NCBI GenBank assembly: GCA_903927615.1
Contig: CAIYNU010000086.1
Coordinates: 4,042-68,041, forward strand
Direction: 5' to 3'
Source of the DNA: an uncultured Rhodospirillales bacterium
GTDB taxonomy: Bacteria; Pseudomonadota; Alphaproteobacteria; Azospirillales; Azospirillaceae
DNA length: 64,000 nucleotides
The notes under the pieces were generated by a model. It saw only the letters and a list, made by a program, of their open reading frames with translations, was not told the DNA's origin and did no database searches. Shown piece after piece: positions 58,232 through 64,000 of the stretch; the stretch's first letter is position 1; every line of letters begins with the position of its first letter. The translations under genes were made by a program, and so were the position numbers.

Positions 58232-61200
58232 ATGAAGGTCTTCGGGCTTGATGGCAGGGGACAGGTTGCCCTGGTTGTGGCGTGGCTGTTGGCCGGTTGC
58301 TTTGCCGGCAGTGCTTGGGCCGTCACCTCCGCCGACCCGGTACCGGCGGCAAGTTTACCCGCCGCCGTCGGCGCTGAGCCGCCGACCCAGCCATTTTTGC
58401 GCATTGAAACCGGCATGCACACCGCGATCATCAACCGGGTTTCGGTGGATGCCTCGGGCCGGCTGGCGGCCACGGCATCGGACGACAAGACCGTTCGCCT
58501 GTGGTCGTTGCCCGAAGGCCGGGCCGTCGGCACGCTGCGGGTTCCGATCGGCGACGGCCCGGAAGGGGCGTTGTATAGCGTGGCGCTCTCGCCCGACGGC
58601 AAGCTGGTGGCGGCCGCCGGCCATGTCGGGGTGTTATGGGACGGCCAGCCGTCACTGTATCTTTTTGACGTGGCGACCCAAACCATCAAGCGACGACTGC
58701 CGCACCTGCGCAGTGAAATTCTTCATCTGGCGTTTTCTCCGGACGGTCGGCGACTGGCTGCCGCCTTTGGCGGCGGCGTCGGGGTGATCGTCTATGACAT
58801 GGCCACCGGCCGGGTGGTGGGCGAGGATCACCAGTTCGGGGGCGCACCGGTGAACTGGGTGACGTTCGATGCCGATGGTCGCATGGCGGTGGCGGCCTTC
58901 GACGGAACGGTTCGCCTTTACGATCAGACGGTGACGCTGATCGCCCGGCAGCGTCTGTCCGGGTCCGGCCGGCCGTTTTCCGTGGCCTTTTCGCCGGATG
59001 GCGGTCTGCTGGCGGTGGGTTCGTTCGACAAGCCGCGGGTCGATGTCCTCTCGGCCAGCGATCTCAAGCCGCGACTGAGCCCGGATACTGCCGACATCAG
59101 GACCGGCAACCTTGCGGCGGTGGCCTGGCTCAACGACGGCGGGCAGGTGTCCCTGGCGGCCGGGGGCACCGCCAGCACGTCCGCGGGGCGGCGGATGATC
59201 CGGGTCTGGGGCCGTTCGGGTCTGGGGCGGGCGGCCGATCTGCCGGTGGCCGGGGACTCCATCAACCAGATCGAGCCGTCGGGGCATGGTGAGGCGCTGT
59301 TTGTCAGCGCCGACCCGTCGTGGGGCCGAATCAACGGCTCCCAGGTGCTGCTGGCGGTGCCCAGCGCCATCGCCAACTTCCGGGAGATTTACGCCGGCCG
59401 CTTCGCGGTGTCCGACGATGCGCTGACGCTGGAGTTCGGGATTGCGGATAAGGGCGGGCATCCCATGCGCCTGGATCTGCGGGGCGAGTCCTATACGCCG
59501 GTTCAACAGGCCGACCCGACCCTCACGAAACCGGTGGTGGAGGTCCCGGGCCTGCGGATCACCGGCTGGCAGAACACCACCGCGCCCACCGTCAATGGCC
59601 GTAAGCTGGTGCTGGACGGCGAGGAACGGGCGCACAGTCTGGCCATTGCCCCGGACGGACGCAGCTTTCTGCTGGGTGGCGACTATTGGCTGCGGCTTTA
59701 TGATGCCAGGGGAACGCTGCTGGCCAAGGCCGCGCTGCCGGCGGCGGCCGGTGGCGTGGTGATCACCCGGTCCGGCAGCGTCGCCGTGGCGGCGCTTACC
59801 GACGGCACCTTGCGCTGGTATAACCTGGGCAGCAACGGTGCGGTGCTGGAAGAGCGTGCCACCCTGTTTGCCCATGCCGACGGCCGGCGCTGGGTGGCCT
59901 GGACGCCCGAAGGCTTTTTTGACCATGCCGAGCATGGCGGCAAAGATTTGGTCGGCTATCACCTCAACAAAGGCAAGGCCCAGACGCCGGAGTGGATCAG
60001 TTTTGCCCAGGTCTATCTGCGTTTTCACAGTTCGGATTTGCTGATCAAGAAAATACTGGGCGGTTATGACGACCAGATCGCCCGGGCGGCGGCGGCGGCG
60101 GGCGATTTGCGCACGGGGCCGCCGTTGCCCGGCGTCGAGATCACCGACTATTGCTGGAAGCCCGCCGGCGGTCCGGACCTCTGTCGGCCGATCGGTGAGA
60201 TCAGCACCCGGGGTTTCAACCGGGATTTTAACCGTCAGGCCGGCGCCGAACCGGGACCGTCGGCTCCGGGGCCGGTCGCCACCGGGCCGGTCGTTACCGG
60301 GGCGTCGATGCTGGCGCCGCTCACCGCCACCCTGCCGGCCGATGTGGCCGATGTGACCTTGAAGTTCCTGGTGGTCGATCGGGGCGGCGGGGTCGGTGAC
60401 GTTGCGGTGTATCTCAACGGCCGGAATATCGATCGCCAGGACGAGACGCGCGCGTTTCGTCGCGACGCCAGCGTCGGTGCCGGTCCCGCTGCGGTTGCGG
60501 CAGGACCGCCGTCGGTCCCGGGGCGGCCGGTCGCGCCCCCGCTCCCGTCTCCGTCTCCGTCTCCGTCTCCGGCCGGTCAGGTCTTTCAGCGGTCCGTGGC
60601 CTTGGCGTCCGGCGTCAACCGGACCGAGATTCGGGTGTATGAGGGCAGTGACACGGCGTTCGCCACGTCGCGGCCGGTGGAGCTGGTGCGGGCCGCGGCG
60701 GCGCCGTCCACCCGGGATCTCCAGGCCCAGCCGCCGGCCACGCCCCGGCTGTTTGTTCTGGCGGCCGGCGTCGATATCTACAAACGGCCGGAATTCCGAC
60801 TGAATTTTCCGGTTGCCGATGCCGAGGGGGTGGCCGAGACTCTGAAGGCGCATGTGGGCGATCTCTACGAGCAGGTGCTGGTGCCCAGCGTGACGCCGGA
60901 TCGCGACGTGGTGTTTGTGCCGTTCACCGGCGGCAAGGCCGCGCTTGCCAACGAGAATGCCAGCCTCGAAATGCTCGGGAAGGCGTTCGCCGCGTTGTCC
61001 CGGGATCAGGTGCTGCATGCCAACGATACGGTTGTCATCTATCTGGCCGGGCACGGAACCCGGGAAGATGATGGCGGCGGCAAGGGCCAGGCCGGCGGCA
61101 AGTTCTATTTCATCACCTCGAATGTCGACAGCCCCGACACGGTGCGGACGCAGGCGCTGGGACAGGATGCGCTGCTGGCCCAACTGGTGGCCATCAACAG

Positions 61201-61594
61201 CCGCAAGGCGCATATCTTGCTGGTGCTCGACACCTGTCATTCGGGCGCCTTTGCCCGGGAGGCGCCGCTGGATGCCATCGCCAATCTCAATGACGAAGCG
61301 GGCATCTCGGTGCTGGCCGCCGCCGCGTCCAACCAGGAGGCGTTGGACGGCTATCGGCCGCGGACCGGAGGGCCGGCCCAGCACGGCGTGTTCGCGTATG
61401 CGGTGATCTCGGGACTGGCCGGCGCCGCCACCGCCGACGAAACCGGGATCATCTATCCGACTTTTCTGGCCCAGTACGTCAAGCACGCGGTGGTGGCGCT
61501 GGCCGCCGAGGTCAGCCCGACGCACCAACAACAGGCAAAGTGGCAGCCGTTGGGAGAAGAGGAAGACTTCCCATTGGTCCGCAAGAGTCGCTGA
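58232..61594 (+). CDS. Sec-exported WD40 beta-propeller protein with C-terminal caspase-fold (peptidase C14) domain
   Basis: Signal peptide MKVFGLDGRGQVALVVAWLLAGCFAGSAWA. WD40-like blades (TASDDKTVRLWSL, FDGTVRLYD, LAFSPDGRRLAAA, VAFSPDGGLLAVGS, LTDGTLRWYNL). Pro/Ser linker PLPSPSPSPSPAG. C14 dyad IYLAGHGT (His 61052-61054) and LVLDTCHSGAF (Cys 61235-61237). Strong Shine-Dalgarno sequence GAAGGAGGGGGG. Confidence 0.85.
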   Translation: MKVFGLDGRGQVALVVAWLLAGCFAGSAWAVTSADPVPAASLPAAVGAEPPTQPFLRIETGMHTAIINRVSVDASGRLAATASDDKTVRLWSLPEGRAVGTLRVPIGDGPEGALYSVALSPDGKLVAAAGHVGVLWDGQPSLYLFDVATQTIKRRLPHLRSEILHLAFSPDGRRLAAAFGGGVGVIVYDMATGRVVGEDHQFGGAPVNWVTFDADGRMAVAAFDGTVRLYDQTVTLIARQRLSGSGRPFSVAFSPDGGLLAVGSFDKPRVDVLSASDLKPRLSPDTADIRTGNLAAVAWLNDGGQVSLAAGGTASTSAGRRMIRVWGRSGLGRAADLPVAGDSINQIEPSGHGEALFVSADPSWGRINGSQVLLAVPSAIANFREIYAGRFAVSDDALTLEFGIADKGGHPMRLDLRGESYTPVQQADPTLTKPVVEVPGLRITGWQNTTAPTVNGRKLVLDGEERAHSLAIAPDGRSFLLGGDYWLRLYDARGTLLAKAALPAAAGGVVITRSGSVAVAALTDGTLRWYNLGSNGAVLEERATLFAHADGRRWVAWTPEGFFDHAEHGGKDLVGYHLNKGKAQTPEWISFAQVYLRFHSSDLLIKKILGGYDDQIARAAAAAGDLRTGPPLPGVEITDYCWKPAGGPDLCRPIGEISTRGFNRDFNRQAGAEPGPSAPGPVATGPVVTGASMLAPLTATLPADVADVTLKFLVVDRGGGVGDVAVYLNGRNIDRQDETRAFRRDASVGAGPAAVAAGPPSVPGRPVAPPLPSPSPSPSPAGQVFQRSVALASGVNRTEIRVYEGSDTAFATSRPVELVRAAAAPSTRDLQAQPPATPRLFVLAAGVDIYKRPEFRLNFPVADAEGVAETLKAHVGDLYEQVLVPSVTPDRDVVFVPFTGGKAALANENASLEMLGKAFAALSRDQVLHANDTVVIYLAGHGTREDDGGGKGQAGGKFYFITSNVDSPDTVRTQALGQDALLAQLVAINSRKAHILLVLDTCHSGAFAREAPLDAIANLNDEAGISVLAAAASNQEALDGYRPRTGGPAQHGVFAYAVISGLAGAATADETGIIYPTFLAQYVKHAVVALAAEVSPTHQQQAKWQPLGEEEDFPLVRKSR
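60545..60568 (+). repeat. (CCGTCT)x4 hexanucleotide microsatellite encoding (SP)n in the propeller-caspase linker
   Basis: Read directly: ccgtct ccgtct ccgtct ccgtct, followed by ccgg. Confidence 0.9.
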
Positions 61595-61647
61595 TCCGGG
61601 GGTTCGGACCGAAGCCGGGGTCGATGCTGTGAAGGGAGGCCGATGCC

Positions 61648-63663
61648 GTGGGTTGGACGATGAGAATGATGGCCATTTTGGTCCTGATCGTTGCCGGTGC
61701 GGCGACCGGCCGGAGTGCTGCGGCGGCCACCGAGATTTACGGGCTGGTGATCGGCATTGATAACTACACCGGCCTTGCGCCCAAGCTGCAAGGCGCCGTG
61801 AACGACGCCCGGGACGTGGCCGACGCCCTGACCAAGAGCGGGGCGCGCGAGGTCAAGCTGTTGATCGACGGCGCCGCCAATCGCGATGCGATCATGGCCG
61901 CCTGGGACGCGCTGCTGGGGCGGGCCAAGAAAGGTGATATCCTGATTTTCCATTACGCCGGCCATGGCGGCCAGGAGCCCGAGCATGTCAAAGGCTCGGA
62001 GGCCACCGGCTATGATTCGACGTTGCTACTGCCGGCCTTCGACATTCAGGGCGAGGGGACCCGCGAACGCCTCATTGACGACGAATTGGGCTGGATGTTC
62101 AAGCGGGCCTCGGACGTCGGCATCACCGTGCTGGTGGTGATCGACGCCTGCCATTCCGGCTCCATGACCCGTGCGTTCGACAATGCCGCCGTGGCCAAGC
62201 CACGGGTGCGGGCCGCGACCTATCCGCCGATCCTGATCACCGACGATCGCCTGCCGCCGTTTCCCCCCGCGTGGGCGGAGATTCCCGAAGATCTGCCCAA
62301 CGTCATCTATTTCGGTGCGGTTCAGGACGACGAGGAGGCGCCGGAGGTGGTCATCAATGGCCAGGTCCGGGGCGCGCTGAGTTGGGCGTTGGCCCAGGGA
62401 CTGCGGGGGGGCGCCGACGCCCGGCACGACGGCGTCATCACCAAAGAGGAACTCCAGGCCTTCATCACCGAAAACATCCGGATGCAGTTGGAGGGCCGGC
62501 AGCATCCCTCGGTGATTCCGCCGGGTTTCCGTTCTCTGGCGTTTCCGGCTCCGGCCGGGGCCAAGGGACCGCTGGAGGCTGCGGCGAGCCCGTTGGACCT
62601 CGCGGTGCCGTTAGCCATCATCCATACCTCGGGCGTTGACGCCACCGACCTGGCGGCGTCCCTGAAAGGCGTCATGCTGGCCGATGCCGGGGGGACGGTG
62701 GTTCCGGCGGTGATGTGGGACGTGGCGGCAGGCCGGATCACCGCCGCCGACGGCCAGGTGGTTGCCGATTTTGCCGCTGACCCCACCCGGGGCATTCGCC
62801 GCACCGATTCGCCGCCGGCGGCCCCTCCGGCCCATGACGGCCGCAGCGATCTGCCCAAGGTTCAGGCGGCTCTCGACCTGTGGCGACAGACCGCAACCCG
62901 ACCACCGGCGGAATCGGGCGGGGCGCTGACCCTGGCGGTGATCAACACCGACCGGCTCGGCCCCGAGGACCTGACGCGGAGTCTGCGGGGTGTGAAACCG
63001 GTGGCGGTCAATGCCGATCCGGCGCCGATGCTGACGTGGGATGTTGCCCGGGGGCAGGTGTTCACCAATCTCGGCGATCTGGTGTACCAGTTCGGTGACC
63101 GCAAGGCCGACGATCCCACCCGGGGGTTCACCCGGGCGGTGGCCGCCGGCGACAACCGCCCGGCCAACGACGGTCGCGGCGATCTGCCCAAGTTTCAGGA
63201 CGTGGTCGACAACTGGCAGGCGGTTCAGCGGATCAAGCGGTTGGCGGAAAGCCGGAGCTTGCAGATGGCCCTGAAACCCGACGATAAACGGCATACCGAC
63301 GGCGCCAAACTGACCTTCGTCATTGAAGGCCACAACCAGACCTATTTCACGCTGTTTAATCTTGGGTCCGATGGGACGGTCAATTTCCTCTATCCCCTGG
63401 ATACCGCCGAAGTGAAGGACCCGTTACAGATTCCGTTGGGCCGTGCTTATACCGTGCCGCTGGTGGTCGAGGCCCCGTACGGCGCCGATCATCTGGTGGC
63501 CATCGCCAGTGCCCAGCCGCTGACCGCGTTGCACAAGACCCTTCAGGAGTTTGACGGCAAGCCGATGGCCAGCGCGTTGGTGACGGTCCTGCTGAAGGAC
63601 CTTGAGGGGCAGACCTACCAGATCGGCGTTCACGGGTCCTACACCGCCGCGGCAAAACCCTGA
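61648..63663 (+). CDS. Sec-exported caspase-fold (peptidase C14) protein with an internal tandem duplication of about 105 aa and a DUF4384-like C-terminal domain
   Basis: Signal peptide MRMMAILVLIVAGAATGRSAAAA. C14 core YGLVIGIDNY...LQGAVNDARDV...ILIFHYAGHGG (His 61963-61965) and VLVVIDACHSGSM (Cys 62149-62151). C-terminus LTFVIEGHNQTYFTLFNLGSDGTVNFLYP resembles DUF4384 (recalled from memory). Confidence 0.85.
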   Translation: MGWTMRMMAILVLIVAGAATGRSAAAATEIYGLVIGIDNYTGLAPKLQGAVNDARDVADALTKSGAREVKLLIDGAANRDAIMAAWDALLGRAKKGDILIFHYAGHGGQEPEHVKGSEATGYDSTLLLPAFDIQGEGTRERLIDDELGWMFKRASDVGITVLVVIDACHSGSMTRAFDNAAVAKPRVRAATYPPILITDDRLPPFPPAWAEIPEDLPNVIYFGAVQDDEEAPEVVINGQVRGALSWALAQGLRGGADARHDGVITKEELQAFITENIRMQLEGRQHPSVIPPGFRSLAFPAPAGAKGPLEAAASPLDLAVPLAIIHTSGVDATDLAASLKGVMLADAGGTVVPAVMWDVAAGRITAADGQVVADFAADPTRGIRRTDSPPAAPPAHDGRSDLPKVQAALDLWRQTATRPPAESGGALTLAVINTDRLGPEDLTRSLRGVKPVAVNADPAPMLTWDVARGQVFTNLGDLVYQFGDRKADDPTRGFTRAVAAGDNRPANDGRGDLPKFQDVVDNWQAVQRIKRLAESRSLQMALKPDDKRHTDGAKLTFVIEGHNQTYFTLFNLGSDGTVNFLYPLDTAEVKDPLQIPLGRAYTVPLVVEAPYGADHLVAIASAQPLTALHKTLQEFDGKPMASALVTVLLKDLEGQTYQIGVHGSYTAAAKP

Positions 63664-63814
63664 TTACGCTGACCGGTTCCCGATTGCGCCGGGAGCCCGA
63701 AAGGGCCACACTGCCACACTGCCGGACTGGCGGTCGGGATGATCCTGGTCCAGGCCGTACCAGAACCGCGCCATACCACAAGACGGTGTGCGGGGCCTTG
63801 AGCCAAGGTGGTTG

Positions 63815-64000
63815 ATGAGCGGCGATACCACGGGATTTTATGAGCTGCTGCTGACCCTGAGGACGCTGTATCAGTACGCCGGGAGCGTGGTGGCCGACGC
63901 CGCCCTGTTGCGGGCCGAGGCTTTCACCAGGCGACTGATCAACGAAGATCGCCTTCCCTACATGATTCTTCTACAAGTGCTCCATGACTTCCTATACATG
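63815..64000 (+). CDS. 5' end of an unidentified ORF running off the right edge of the window
   Basis: ATG at 63815, then 62 open codons to the window end (MSGDTTGFYELLLTLRTLYQYAGSVVADAALLRAEAFTRRLINEDRLPYMILLQVLHDFLYM). Mostly GC-rich third positions. No motif recognised. Confidence 0.35.
   Translation, partial: MSGDTTGFYELLLTLRTLYQYAGSVVADAALLRAEAFTRRLINEDRLPYMILLQVLHDFLYM

Overview
High-GC (about 63-66% G+C by eye) alphaproteobacterial chromosome segment. Gene content looks Rhodospirillales-like (MHYT/PAS/GGDEF signalling, bacteriohemerythrin, nif genes), but no organism is claimed.

Layout:
- 1-156: N-terminus of a PAAR-domain gene running off the left edge, followed by about 840 bp with no convincing gene.
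- 1-22 kb: signalling-rich region. It holds an MHYT-PAS-GGDEF-EAL protein, a MASE1-CHASE hybrid histidine kinase, a CheY-like regulator, and a sensor kinase with a REC-PAS-GAF-HD-GYP regulator. Interspersed are ygiQ, an M16 peptidase, dksA, an Ala-rich repeat lipoprotein and xerD.
- 22.4-26.4 kb: a degenerate SprA-related protein, then a self-contained nifB-fdxN-LRV-nifZ-nifT operon with two NifA UAS elements and a sigma-54 promoter.
- 26.5-31.7 kb (minus strand): an MCP, an orphan FlgE-like hook gene with its own sigma-54 promoter, and a LOV-like histidine kinase that lacks the photoactive Cys.
- 32.2-46.2 kb: ordinary co-directional housekeeping block rpsB-tsf-pyrH-frr-uppS-cdsA-dxr-rseP-bamA-skp-fabZ-lpxA-lpxI-lpxB-gloA. 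lpxD is absent from its usual slot.
- 46.3-55.3 kb: a Ser/Thr kinase with a large uncharacterised N-terminal region, a frameshifted autotransporter, a small Cys-rich ORF, hemerythrin, acnB preceded by a phased 10-bp repeat array, and an orphan cheD.
- 55.8-64 kb: the most unusual part. It contains a glycine-zipper lipoprotein, a strongly AT-rich (foreign-looking) 4-TM membrane gene, and two adjacent Sec-exported caspase-fold (peptidase C14) proteins. One is WD40-propeller-caspase and the other is caspase-tandem duplication-DUF4384-like. A further ORF runs off the right edge.

No rRNA, tRNA, CRISPR array or intact mobile element was found. All domain calls come from motif recognition by eye in the supplied translations; no database search was run.
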